DNA from: Chrysomallon squamiferum
Lineage: Eukaryota > Animalia > Mollusca
Length of the DNA: 64,000 nucleotides
NCBI GenBank assembly: GCA_012295275.1
Contig: CM022677.1
Coordinates: 21,514,001 to 21,578,000, forward strand
Direction: 5' to 3'
In this document: positions 40,523-60,870 of the stretch, in pieces
Numbering within the stretch: the first letter of the stretch is position 1
Layout: each line of letters opens with the position of its first letter
The notes under the pieces: model-generated
What the model was told of the DNA's origin: nothing
The model's database searches: none
Seen by the model: only the letters and a program-made list of their open reading frames with translations
Translations under genes and position numbers: made by a program

Positions 40523-40798
40523 GCAATGCAATGAAGTAAAATGATGTAGCGTTTCCTACTGCCTTGATGATCTGAAATCACTTCGTCAGTAATTACTTTA
40601 GGTAAATTTAATTGAATTGTTTTCATTGATTAATATTTAATATTGTTGTTTTGGTTAAGGGTTACTTAGTTCATTCGGATGTAAGGCTTTGAAACTAAGC
40701 TACAAAGAAAAAAAAAAGAAAAAAAAAAATAATAAAGTGAAACCTGTAGAAAGCCTCCCCCCTCTGCCTGCAGGCCTGTTACCCCTCTGTCTCTCTTT

Positions 40799-40830
<32 letters not shown>

Positions 40831-41460
40831 CATACATACACACATACACACACATGCACACACACGCACACGCACACACGCACACACACGCACGCACACA
40901 CACACATTCACACACACACAATAAAAGGCTCAGCAATGTCTACAGTGTATTTTTCACAAGCTTTATTATCAAGACTATTATAAAACATTACTATTTCATG
41001 GAAATAGGATAATAAAACTAAGTTCGTTTGTAATGAACGGACTGGTGTGGTTATAAAATGAAACATAAAAATGGTCATTTGGATGTACATGCATAAAACT
41101 AATATTGGCCATAAAATACAAAACACATTTATTTTACTAATACATAAAAATAATTATCTGAAAATGGTCAAAATGCATTTTCTTATCAATACGTTAGGTT
41201 TCAAAAGCAACACTTTATAATATTCTAATGAATTTGTGTGAACTAAGTTATATTTCAAGATGATATACATAAAAAAAAAACACACTTAAAATGTGCATTA
41301 TATGTGTTTGTTGCACCGTCATACACTTTACGACGATAGAGTGGAATCGACATCTGAAAATATCCAAACGGCATTTTTGTCATCATCTTACGTTTTAAAA
41401 CGGTAGATGTAAAACCACCATTTTATAATATCTAAAATATTCTTGAAATACCATCTTATA
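39340..41460 (+). repeat. ~2-kb intergenic duplicated module; other copies ~41740-43140(+), 50012-50490(+), 52255-53335(+), 57570-57840(+), 60400-62390(-)
   Basis: Shared unique strings such as ggggaacaaatcttctctgacactggcaccattttaaagtcccgtccag, cagtaagtgatcagattatttaacagaagatt and atggaaataggataataaaactaagttcgtttg recur in these intervals. Boundaries are approximate. Confidence 0.85.
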
Positions 41461-43610
41461 TTTTAAAAAAAAAAAAAGAATTTTGATAGGAAAACGAGAT
41501 TTAATATATCCAAAACTGACTTGCATATCATCTTACAGTTTGAGACAAGAAAAATAAAACGACTTTATATAATTTCCAAAATGTATTTGTATAAGCGTCT
41601 AAGATTTTAAGAATATAGATAAAAAAAACAGCATTTAAAATATCCAGAGTGTATTAGCGAATCATCTAAGTTTTCAACAAATATCTGAAATTTACTTGTA
41701 TTCTGTCTCCCTTTAGAACATTACGCCGAGGTGAGCTTTTGCAAAGGCAAATAAGATAATAACACATAAGGAAACCATTATAAATATGGAGTTAAAAATA
41801 TACGTTTATACATCGACATTCTGTTTCAATAAGACAGGCCTTTAATAAAATATTGTTTACAGCCTCGTACAATAAGTGATCAAATTATTCAACAAAAGAT
41901 TTATTCTCATTGTGTTTTTCATGATTACTAGCAGCCTGCTTTCTCCAGTCACAGTTATCTATTTATAGGTTCAATTCTGAACCGCAAGTTAATTACTTTA
42001 ATCGGCATCGAAGATCAAAAAAGCTAAGATTATTGTCAGCCTCTAATCACAAGAGAAAAACAGTGCAGAAAATCACTAGGCAAAAACCAAACAAAATGTA
42101 TCGATATTTTAAACTTGCAATAATATTTTTGAATAAACAAATAAATAAATACATAAATAATTAAATGAATTGAAACGAAGTAAAATGATGTGACTGCCAG
42201 GACTATATGAAATCACCTCAGTCTTTTTTTTTTTTTTTGGTTATAACTAAGAAACTTATCTAAAAAATAACAATAATAATAAAAATAAAATTAATGAAGT
42301 AAAACCTGTAGGAAGCCTCCCTCCCTCTGCCTGCCTGCCTGCTCCCCCTCTCTATCACACACACACACATACACACGCACACGCCCACATTCATACACAC
42401 ACAGAAATATATACTTTCTCTACACATACACATGCACACATACACACACACACCTTCACACAATACGTACACACACACATACACATACACACACACACAC
42501 ATACATACACACTCCCACAGACACACAGACACACACAGACACACAGACACACACAAACACACAGACACATACACACAGACAAACACACACACACACACAC
42601 ACACATACACACACGCACACATCCACACACACACAGAGACTCACATGCACACACACAACAAAAGGCTCAGCAATTTATACAGGTGACATACCTTATAAAC
42701 GTGAATATCATAGTATATTACAATGGCATGGAAATAGGATAATAAAACTAAGTTCGTTTGTTAATGAACAGACTGGAGTGGTTATAAAATGAGACATAAA
42801 AATGGTCATTTGGATGTACATGCATAAAACTTACATTGGTTATAAAATACAAACACATTTATTTTACTAATACATAAAAATAATTATCTGGAAATGGTGA
42901 ACATGTATTTTTTCATCATTGGATTAGGTTTTAAAATCATCAGTTTATAATATTCTAATTAATTTGAGTGAACTAAGTTAGATAGATAGATAAATAGATA
43001 GATGGCTAGATAGATAGATAGATATACAAATCACACTTAAAATATGCTAAATATATGTTTGTTGCATCATCATACACTTCAAGACGATAAAGTTGAATCG
43101 ACATCTGAAAATATTCAAAATGTGCATTGCAATCTTCATGTTACAACATATTTATCTCAAAATGTCTTTAACAAGCTTTCTTATGTCTTATTTAGTTGCA
43201 TGTTTTCTTTCAGTCGAGTGTTCTAACCACTCGCCGGTCAAAGGTAGATTTTTTTCTTCTCTTTGCTTGCATTTCTGCTTGGGGTATTATGGAAAATCTT
43301 AACTTATTTTTTAATTAAGAAGTTAAAAAACCCACAAAAACCATAAAATATAACATTATATATATATATATATACCTGTCACAGATGCATACATTTCATT
43401 CTCAAAAGAATATTTAACTTTCCTTTTTTTTTACATTTAAATATAACTAGTGCCTTTGCTGGAATTAACTAAAAGTATTCTGATCTAATGTTTTCTATTT
43501 GTTACATATATATATATACATATATAACAATACAAATACAATACAGGTAGTATGTATCTCTTCAGTCAATTTAAATTTATGTATTTCCTTTAGAAACGTC
43601 TTTTCTCATA

Positions 43611-43724
<114 letters not shown>

Positions 43725-43843
43725 GAATTGTTTCGGAATACTTACATTGCTCTTTAATCTATACAGATACGGAAAGCGACATGGATGGGGAAATGGACAC
43801 CAGACACACAGAGAGACATCACAAACATAGATAGATAGACACA

Positions 43844-44319
43844 GAGTTTAACAGAGTCTTGGTCTACGTAACTGAAGGTAAATATGCTGAGGATTTCTCC
43901 AAACAGCAGAAAAGAACACTTTGCAAGGCGGCCCAGTGCTATTTAGTAAAAAGATGGACTTCAACATTCGATTTACTCTGTTGATGCTATCAGAGTGCAG
44001 AAGGTCAAGGTGTCCCAAGATGTAAAACTTCTTTAGTTTCTGCACGATGAGGAGTTATCTGGAGGACGTTTTGTCTGGGAGAAAGTGTGGCAGAAGTCAA
44101 GCAGCCGTTTTTTCTCTGGAAGGTCGTCAGTGTTGATTGTAAGGACAATTGAGCACATTTCAAAGAATGTCAACAGCAGAATAATTTAATCAAAACAAAA
44201 CTCAGTGAGTTAACATATGTACGATTACCTTATTACATAAACTATTATTATTACTGTTATTATTATTATTATTATTGTTATTATTATTATTATTATTGTT
44301 GTTGTTGTTGTTGTTGTTG

Positions 44320-44354
<35 letters not shown>

Positions 44355-44760
44355 TTATAATGTTATAGTTTATATGTAGTATGTAAAATGCAGTTAGTGA
44401 CAAAGCAGGGAATATTAAAGTTCAGATTTTCTGTTAACATTTCTTTATTTGGTTTATTTGCCACAGAGAACAAATTCTACCGACAGAAATCAAGTTAGAC
44501 CCAGGGAAGAAATAATCAAGCTGTAAAGTCACATGTCCCATAGACTCTCAGAAGAAGGTGGAGGAACTGGTACAGATCCGAAATCTAGTTCTACTAAACA
44601 GCAGAGTAAACAATTCCAAGGCACAGACAAGCTACAAGAAACACTACGATCCAACACTTGGTATTAAATCTGAGGTAGTCCAAGCAGAAGACAAGGTCCT
44701 CATGAGAAAGATAAGGAAACACAATCGTCTTGGTGGTATACGAGAACAAACGTTTGTTGG
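43844..44760 (+). mobile_element. Ginger/GIN-type (Gypsy-like) integrase remnant
   Basis: Frameshifted translation: YVTEGKYAEDFSKQQKRTLCKAAQCYLVKDG; H2C2-like LHDEELSGGRF..EKVWQK..RF..WK....DC.......KECQQQN; C-terminal NNSKAQTSYKKHYD..EDKVLMRKIRKHNRLGG..FVG. The catalytic core is absent. Confidence 0.6.
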
Positions 44761-45138
44761 TGTATTTCATCATCATCATCATCATAATCATCGCCATTAT
44801 ACGTTTCGAACTTATTTTTCTTTTATGGTTTTAATTCATATCTAAGGTGACTGTAAAAAAAAAAAAGATGTACCATAAAATAACAGAGCTGCATAAACTA
44901 CATTACACTCCACGTCTTCCATAATAATATACTATTATGATAAATTACCATAATGATAAATTACTATAACCAGCCAACTATTTTTAAAAAACTGGAAAAT
45001 ATATTTATTCATTCGAGGTAAATCTCTCTCAGTGTGATCGGAAGACATCATCAGAACATTTCCTAAACCAGTCGAGAGTTTGTGTCTGTGACTGCTAAAG
45101 TTTTACCTGTTTACAAGTTCTTGCAAAACCAGGAAGAA

Positions 45139-48803
<3,665 letters not shown>

Positions 48804-49132
48804 ACAAGTTTGTCTCACATTTTGTTCAATGACAAGAAATCAATTATAATTAAATTTAATGTTACACTAATCTTTTAAAAATTACCATGGTGTTGTTGTT
48901 TTTTTTTATGCTAGAGTTAGGCTTCGTGGAGAAAATAATTTTGAATTAAAAATATTATTGGTAGAAAAAACTTTTGGTAGAGAAGAATTTTAGGACATCT
49001 GGCCATGTAGAGGCTGTGATAAAGAATCGTTTGGTTAACTGCGAGATATTTTCTTACATCAACAGAATTTTTTTTTTTAAATAATTTGTTTCTTTCGTTT
49101 CTTGAAGTCCATTTTGTTTTTGTTGTAATCTC

Positions 49133-49800
49133 TGTTTCGCGAATCACTCCAGTTCTCATGTTTGAGTTAAACGGATACATATTCCTCTGTACAAAGATAA
49201 TATTTGGCATTATTGAGTTCTTCATCACCACTCTTCTCCCAGTATTTTAAAATCTTCTTTTCTTCTGTCTCAGTGAGAATGCTAGTGGGTGTCACGTGTG
49301 TTACAAAATAAATCTGATCAAGTAATGATTATCGCACATGGTTCACTGCCTGTCCCAGCACTTAACGTCTGTTTTATCCACACGTCTCCTTTTCTTGTTT
49401 CCTGCACGCGCTGTCCGCCCACTTTACAGCGGCTTCAGAAACAGTTTTCTCCTCTGTTATCAGTTCGTCTGATCGTAGGATCTCAACCAGACATTCGTGA
49501 CAAAGATCAGTGACTTCATCTGACTTCAAAACTTCGTCGCCATTTTTCAAAATGTAGGGCAGAGCTTTTTCTTAGATCATGTAAATGAAACAGGTGGACT
49601 TGTTCCAGCAGGACGCACTCATTCTGTGACGACAACGACGACTCCAAATACCCCATGCATTGATGTTCTAGTGTTGTGATGATGTACTTCCTCGACAGAA
49701 CGCTTAAAAATTCACTCATTGAGCACAACGCTGGCGACATCCGCGTTGACGCTGTCCACATGTCGGCGGTTTGGTTAATGAGCTGGCAGATTGTAATCAC
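49133..49800 (-). pseudogene. BTB-BACK(-PHR) domain pseudogene fragment, BTBD1/2/3/6-like, copy A
   Basis: Reverse complement of 51240-51790; reads SRKYIITTLEHQCMGYLESSLSSQNECVLLEQVHLF (BTB/BACK junction), then a frameshift. Confidence 0.75.
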
Positions 49801-51240
49801 ATGTAAATAAGACAGGGAATATTCATAGCTAAGTACCTAACTAACAGTGCCAGGATTCCCACAAAAATAAAATTGCAGTAAAAAATTACGTAGGAGGAAG
49901 CAAGGAGTGCATAGTTGGAACCGTTGATTGCCCTCGGTTACTGAATGGAAATTTCTTTTTTAAGCGTTCTATCGAGGAAGTACATCATCACAACACTAGA
50001 ACATCAATGCATACAATAAAAGGCTCAGCGATGTCCACAGTTTATCGTTGACAAGCTTTATTATTATGAATATTATAAAACATTACTATGTCATGGAAAT
50101 AGGATAATAAAACTAAGTTCGTTTGTTATGAACAGACTGGTGTGGTTATAAAATGAGACATAAAAATGGTCATTTGGATGTACATGCATAAAACTTCCGT
50201 TGGCCATAAAATACAAAACACATTTATTTTACTAATACATAAAAATAATTATCTGGAAATGGTCAAAACGCATTTTCTTATCACTACGTTAGGTTTCAAA
50301 AGCTAAATTTTATAATATATTAATGAATTTGTGTGAACTAAGTTATATTTCAAGATGATATATATATATATATATATCACACTTAAAATATGCAAAATAT
50401 ATGTCTTTTGCACCATCATGTTACATTTTAAATCGGTAAATATAAAATCATCATTTTTTTATATCTACAATTTAATTGTATCACCATCATATTCTTCGCT
50501 ATGTTAGACTATAATCAGGCTTTTATTGTTGTTTTCTTCCGAACACACTCACACACACTCAAAGATACTTTTTAAAATTATTATTTATATAGAAGAGTAA
50601 ATACTAAGCACTAGTCCTGGTCTCAAGGGTCTCACCACACATACACAGACACAAACGTCTACGCGCATACTCGTAATTACATCAGTATAAACTTCTGTAA
50701 CTTAAAACTGATTTAGATATTTAGATTTTATAGCTTTTACTGTTTGGACAAAAAACTTTGCTTTTGTAGTTCTTCTTCTTCTTCTTCTTCTTCTTCTTAT
50801 TATTATTATTAGTAGTAGTAGTAGTAGTACTAGTAGTAGTAGTAGAAGTAGTAGTACTAGTAATAGTACTTACTACTAATTACATCAATATAAACTTCTG
50901 TAACTTAAAATTGAGTTAGATATTTTTTTTTATAGATTTTATTGCTTGGACATAAACATTTCTTTTTGTTATTATTATTAGTATATATTGTCACACACAC
51001 ACGACACAAACACACAGAGACATGAAAACACACGTACGATCACAGTGAGGAAGAAAGACATAGATACAGACACAAACGTTGAAAAGAATACAGATTTTGT
51101 TAAAAATGTAATTATTTTCTAATTAAATAATCTCACATAATTATCTCACGTTCAAAGTCTTACTCTACTTCTTTTACACATATATCTTTATACGGATCGC
51201 GTCGACCTCACAGGAAACAACGTCACCACTCTGCTGTTTC

Positions 51241-52090
51241 TATCGAGGAAGTACATCATCACAACACTAGGACACCAATGCATGGGGTATTTGGAGTCGT
51301 CGTTGTCGTCACAGAATGAGTGGGTCCTGCTGGAACAAGCCCACCTGTTTCATTTACATGATCTGAGATAAAAGCTCTGCCCTACATTTTGAAAAATGGC
51401 GACGAAGTTTTGAAGTCAGATGAAGTGACCGATCTTTGTCACGAATGTCTGGTTGAGATCCTACGATCAGACGAACTGATAACAGACGAGAAAACTGTTT
51501 TTGAAGCCGCTGAAAAGTGGGCTGACAGCGCGTGAAGGAAACAAGAAAAGGAGACGAGTGGATAAAACAGACGTTAAGTGCTGTGAGAGGCAGTGAACCA
51601 TGTGCGATATCCATTACTTGATCAGATTTAATAGGTAACACACGTGACACCCACTAGCATACTCACTGAGACAGAAGAAAAGAAGATTTTGGTGATGAAG
51701 AACTCAATAATGCCAGATATTGTCTTTGTACAGAGGAATATGTGTCCTTTTAACTCAAACATGAGAACTGGAGTGATTGGCGAAACACAGTTTACAATAA
51801 ATCGATTTGGTAGATTATTTGGTGGACCACTGTTTTGGCGTTTGCCATATTCTGGTGATTCAGATGATGCAATGACTTTCTCTGTCAACAAAAACGCTTT
51901 ACTTTGCGGATTTCAGTTGTACGGTGATAGCGAACCACGAAACTACGACGTCAGCGTCTTCGTCATTGACACAAGAACAGACGAAATACTGGAAGGGTCT
52001 ACACTGACAGAGAGATATGAACACGTGTCTGGCGTGTATGACGTCGCGTTCAGACGACGTCCAGTGAAGATTATTAAAGACACAGAGTGC
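51241..52090 (+). pseudogene. BTB-BACK-PHR domain pseudogene, BTBD1/2/3/6-like, copy B
   Basis: KYIITTL..C..YL...L...N..VLLEQAHLF; EILRSDELITDEKTVFEAAEKWA; HVRYPLL; PHR-like INRF..W..YSGDSDDAMTFSVNKNALLCGFQLYG..YDVAF..PVKI. Several in-frame stops and a frameshift; no introns in this stretch. Confidence 0.82.
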
Positions 52091-53814
52091 ATCTTGTTTG
52101 CATTATTCATTATTCTTTTTTTATTTGTTTATTTACTTTTTTATTATTTTATTTTTTATTAATATTATTATTTTTACTTTTTAAACAAGCGCGTTATTTA
52201 TTTTTTTACGAGCCGGTTGAATTATGATTATCGTGCACGTTTTTATATCGAATACTTTTTCCCTGATGGAATGAATATTCGTGGGGAACAAATCTTCTCT
52301 GACACTGGCACCATTTTAAAGTCCCGTCCAGTTATCGTTAATCTATTACAAACAAAACTGTGTCTAATCACCGACGCTGTCTACTTCGGAATTTCGGGTG
52401 TCAATTCCAGAACAAATGAAATCGTTACGTGGTAATTAGTTTTGTCAACAGCGGCAGAAAATTTTGCAAGTTTGATCACTTCTTAAATAACAGCGGCGAT
52501 TTGGAAGGAATTAAGCAAAAGATGAAATGATCGCACGTCTTTGATGGCTAAATAGACAGTCGTGCCATTCTTCTTCAAACTACTGTATGCAGCTAAATAA
52601 ACAAGATTATTGCTACGTCGATGCCTTAGTGAATTCAACCATTTACAAAGGCAAATGATACAATATGACATAAACAGGCGATTGTCACAAACTTTGAATT
52701 AAAGAGCTACATCTATACATCGATATTCTGTTTGAAATAAAACAGGGCCTTCAATAAAATATTGTACTCAGAGTCATGCAGTAAGTGATCAAATTATTTA
52801 ACAGAAGATTTATTCTTGTTTGTTCATGATCAGCAGCAGCCTGCTTTCTCCAGTCTCGAACTTCTGTTTACATGCTGGTCTGCTAATTTCCGTTTTTAAT
52901 GTACAGGTAATTTTGTACCGCCACTTAATTCATTTAGTTTGCATACAAGACTAAAACAGCTGTGCTTCCTGTGAAACTGTAATCACAGGACAAAAACGAC
53001 AGACAGAATACAGGCAAAATGTATGGATATTTTAAGCTTGCAAGGGATATATTTAAATAAATGAATTAATAAATAAATTAATAAATAAATAAATTAATTA
53101 ATTAATAAATACGTAAGTAAGTAAGTAAGCAATGAATTAAATAATGAAATGAAATAAAGTTATGAAATGAAGTAAAATAATGTGGCGTTTTCTATTGCCT
53201 GGATCATCTGAAATCACCTCCTACGTGTTCACTTGAGGTCAATTTATTTGATTTCTTTTGACTTATTAATGTTTAATATTCTTGTTTAGGATAAGGGCTG
53301 TTTCTTTCATTCAGTTATAAGGTTTAGGAATGATGATGATAATAATAATAATAATAATAATAATGATGAGGATGATAATAATAATAATAATACATATTTA
53401 ATATACTCCGAATATTTCGCTATTAAAATCGATAATCAAATGCAAAATTACTGCTTTCAAATTGTAAAGTTACGTATGTGTGGCTTAAAAGCCTGATCTA
53501 AAACGTCATCCGCACGGGAAGTTACTACATTATTACAAATGATATCATTGTTTACGTTCTTCTTCTTCTTCTTCTTCTTCTTCTTCACGCGAAAAGAAAG
53601 AGTGAAAAAAAAAAAAAAAGTCCCTTGACATTTATCCTAACTTTAATGAATATTGCTATAGTCTCTTAACGGTATGTAAAAACCTTTCTTTGTCTTTTCT
53701 CAGTTGCGTATTCTCGTTTAACAAATACCATTGCAGTTCTAAAAGACTAGTGCAACATTAAATTTTGATCATTGTTTATTTCTTGTCATGAAAGTAAATG
53801 TCAGACAAATTTTT

Positions 53815-56869
<3,055 letters not shown>

Positions 56870-57155
56870 CTCTTCCTGGATTTTGCAAGAATTTCTAAAC
56901 AGGTAAAACTTTAACAGACACAGAAACAAACTTTCGTCTGGTTTAGGAAATGTTCTGACTGCTTCCTGCAATCGCACTCAGATAGAGTTACCTCGAATGA
57001 ATAAATACACTCTTCAGCTTTAAAAACAGTTGGCTGTTTGTATTCATTTATCGTAATGATATATTGTTAAGGCACACGAGCATTGACAGTTTGTTGTAGT
57101 TTTACAGCCTTGTTCTTTTATGGTATATTTTTTCAGTCATACTGAATATCAATTA

Positions 57156-57194
<39 letters not shown>

Positions 57195-58006
57195 GTAAAA
57201 AAGATATAAAGAAAAATACGAATCTTATAATTATGGTGATGATGATGATGACGATGATGAGATACAGAATTGGATAGAGAGAAAAATGATTATTATGATA
57301 AGAGTAATTATCATGGCAATGATAATAATTGTTTCAATAATTCTGATGATGAATTTACTCATTTCTGTTCTATATTACTGACAAATTGAACTATATGCCT
57401 CTCTCTGTGTGCCTACTTTTTTCTCTCTCTCTCTATCTCTTTAGTAATCTATCTCTATTGATGATGATGATGATGATAATTTTTTATTCTTTTCTGATCT
57501 GCTACATTTTGAACGAAAGGCTACGTGTACAAAATGTCGTTGGGTTTTTCAGGTATTTTTTATTAAATAAATAATGTTTTTATTTTACTAATGCATAAGA
57601 AGAATTATCTGGAAATGGTCAAAATGCATTTTGTCATCACTACGTTAGGTTTCAAAAGCTAAACTTTATAATATTCGAATGAATTTGTGTGAACTGTTAT
57701 ATTTCAAGATGATGATATGTATATATATGTTTGTTGCATCATCATATTACCATCATTTATTTACTCATCTTACATTTTAAAACGGTTGATATAAAATCAC
57801 CATTTTATAATATCTAAAATATTCTTGTATCGCCATCAAAATCATTCAAAAACAAAAAGAATTTAGATTTAAAAATTTGACGATACATGTTAATCGCGAC
57901 AGGTTGGCAGTAAATTAGAAATCCATCCAGGCACGTCTTTTAGTTTATAAACCAGTAGCATCGGCTCTCTTTTGGGTTGTTTAACACACGTGGAAAGCAA
58001 TTATAT

Positions 58007-58041
<35 letters not shown>

Positions 58042-58294
58042 GCTTAGCCGGGATGGGCTTTCTTTGCGAGTGGATCTGGGTATGTGTATGTCTGTCTGTG
58101 TGTAAGTGTTTGTATACTTCTCCTGCTTCTGCCTCTTGCTCTTCAGCTAAATCAACCACTCTAACTACAGCCCTGCTCCTAATAGTACATTTCTACTGTT
58201 TCTACTATTACTAAGATTACTACGATTTCTGTTACTCTTATTACTACTTCTGCTACTACTTCTTCTCCCACTGCTATTTAAGCTATTACACCCC

Positions 58295-58655
58295 CTGCTA
58301 TAACTACTATGTCGACAACTGCTGTTGCTGCTGCTACTGCTACTGCTATAACTACTATGTCGACAACTGCTGTTGCTGCTGCTACTGCTACTGCTATAAC
58401 TACTATGTCGACAACTGCTGTTGCTGCTGCTACTGCTACTGCTATAACTACTATGTCGACAACTGCTGTTGCTGCTGCTACTGCTACTGCTACAATAGGT
58501 CTACTTCTACTATTGCTATTTAAGCTATTACACCCCCTGCTATAACTACTATGTCGACAACTGCTGTTGCTGCTGCTACTGCTACTGCTATAACTACTAT
58601 GTCGACAACTGCTGTTGCTGCTGCTACTGCTATAACTACTATGTCGTCAACTGCT
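58295..58655 (+). repeat. 48-bp minisatellite (CTGCTATAACTACTATGTCGACAACTGCTGTTGCTGCTGCTACTGCTA) x~6
   Basis: Tandem copies inside the orphan intron 3 homolog; about one copy in CTL-J intron 3. Confidence 0.85.
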
Positions 58656-58782
58656 ATTTAACTACTGCTAACATTCTACTATTGCTATTTAACTACTGAT
58701 AACATTCTTCCTAATTTTACTACTATAATTATTATTAGTCCTACTACTACTACATCTACCTTTGTCCTGCTTCTACTTTCAC

Positions 58783-59003
58783 ATATGAGACGCTGGATCG
58801 GCGCCAGCGATTTTCAGAAGGAAGGAAAATTCGTGTGGATGTCTAAGCGTGGATCCGAACCAGTTAAGTATACAAATTTTGATCGACGAAACCCAAGCAA
58901 CAGTGGCGGAAAAGAGAACTGTTTTAAATTAGATGGCCGATACTACTGGAACGATAACGATTGTCTTGATAAACAGAGTTTTATCTGTAAATATTCTCCA
59001 TAA
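58783..59003 (+). pseudogene. CTL-K: orphan terminal lectin exon (paralog of CTL-J exon 4) with acceptor AG changed to AC and no exons 1-3
   Basis: Open frame MRRWIGASDF..NPSNSGGKENC..WNDNDC..FICKYSP*. The acceptor reads tttcAC|at atg versus tttcAG|tt atg in CTL-J. An intron 3 homolog (~57850-58782) precedes it, but no exon 3 is found upstream. Confidence 0.8.
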
Positions 59004-59366
59004 TGAAATTTGTCTGAATTTTGGTTTAATGACAAGAAATGAACTATAATTAAAAATTAATGTTGCACTAGTCTTTTACAATTGCAGTGGTGGTAGTAGC
59101 AAAATAAATTTTAGGGCATGTACCAAAGTCGTCTGTTTCAGATAATTGTTTAGTCTTTGGGGGAAAAAAAAATGCAATCTCGTAGATAAAATTACTCTAA
59201 GATAATTAAGTCTGAGTAAATATACAGATAAGCTGTTCAGGACAATTAAAAGAAAGTTTCATAAAAGGAAACGAATTAATTAACATCGTGAAATCATTCA
59301 GAATCAAACACTCTGTACACAGGAATTCTCTGGAAATCGGCCATTTTTCCTGTTTCTTTTCAAACT

Positions 59367-59643
59367 GAACTTCCTCGATAGAAACAGCAGACCGGTGACG
59401 TTGTTTCCCGTGAGGTCGACGTGATCCGTGTAAAGATATCTGTGTAAAAGAATGTACAGTCAGACTTTAAACGTGAGATAATTATGTGAGATTATTTAAT
59501 TAGAAAATAATTAGTTTATTAACAAAAACTGTACTGTTATCAACGTTTGTGTTTCTATCTATGTCTCTGTGTGTTTGTCTCTATCTATGTCTCTCTTGCT
59601 CACTGTGATCGTACGTGTGTTTTCATGTCTGTGTGTGTTTGTG

Positions 59644-59674
<31 letters not shown>

Positions 59675-60870
59675 ACTATATATACTACTACTACTACTAA
59701 TAATAATAATAATAACAAAAACATATTTTTATGTCCAAGCAATAAAATCTATAAAAAATAAATATCTTAATCAATTTTAAGTTACAGAAGTTTATACTGA
59801 TTTAATTAGTAGTAAATACTAATATTAGTACTACTACTTATACTACTACTACTATTACTACTACTACTACTACTACTACTACAAATAATAATAATAATAA
59901 TAAGAAGAAGAAGAAGAAGAAGAAGAAGAACTACAATAGCAAAGTTTTATGTCAAAAGAATAAAAGCTATAAAATATAAATATGTAAATCAGTTTTAAGT
60001 TACAGAAGTTTATACTGATGTAATTAGTATTAAATACTACTACTTCTACTACTACTACTATTACTACTACTACTACTACTACAAATAATAATAATAAGAA
60101 GAAGAAGAAGAAGAACTACAATAGCAAAGTTTTATGTCCAAAGAATAAAAGCTATAAAATCGAAATATCTAAATCAGTTTTAAGTTACAGAAGTTTATAC
60201 TGATGTAATTACAAGTATGCGTGTAGAGACGTTGTGTCTGGGTATGTGTGGTGTAACCCATCAGACCAGGACTAGTCCTCAGTATTTACTCTTCTGTATA
60301 AATAATAATTTTAAAAAAAGTATCTTTGTGTGCTTGTGAGTGTGTTCGGAAGAAAACAACAATAAAAACCTGATTATAGAGTCTAATATAGCGAAGAATA
60401 TGATGGTGATACAATTAAATTGTAGATATAAAAAAATTATGATTTTATATTTACCGATTTAAAATGTAACATGATGGTGCAAAACACATATATTTTGCAT
60501 ATTTTAAGTGTGATATATATATCATCTTGAAATATAACTTAGTTCACACAAATTCTTTTATATATTATAAAGTTTAGCTTTTGAAACCTAACGTAGTGAT
60601 GAGAAAATGCATTTTGACCATTTCCAGATCATTCTTTTTATGTATTAGTAAAATAAATGTGTTTTGTATTTTATGGCCAACGGAAGTTTTATGCATGTAC
60701 ATCCAAATGACCATTTTTATGCTTCATTTTATAACCACACCAGTCTGTTCATTACAAACGAACTTAGTTTTATTATCCTATTTCCATGATATAGTAATGT
60801 TTTATAATATTCATAATAATAAAGCTTGTCAAAAATACACTGTGGACATTGCTGAGCCTTTTGTTGTATG
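59367..60870 (-). repeat. Inverted segmental copy of ~50010-51253
   Basis: acttcctcgatagaaacagcagaccggtgacgttgtttcccgtgaggtcgac is the reverse complement of 51200-51252, and similarity continues to the aaaggctcagc string at ~50020. Confidence 0.88.

Noticed and set aside
51644-52162. 172-aa PHR-like ORF as an intact gene
   Set aside because: It starts at GTG directly after several in-frame stops in the BACK region and runs into a T-rich tract; treated as part of the pseudogene.
58770-58790. AC acceptor of the orphan exon as a minor-spliceosome AT-AC intron
   Set aside because: No U12 branch consensus (TCCTTAAC) nearby, no upstream exon 3 with an ATATCC donor, and all paralogs use GT-AG here.
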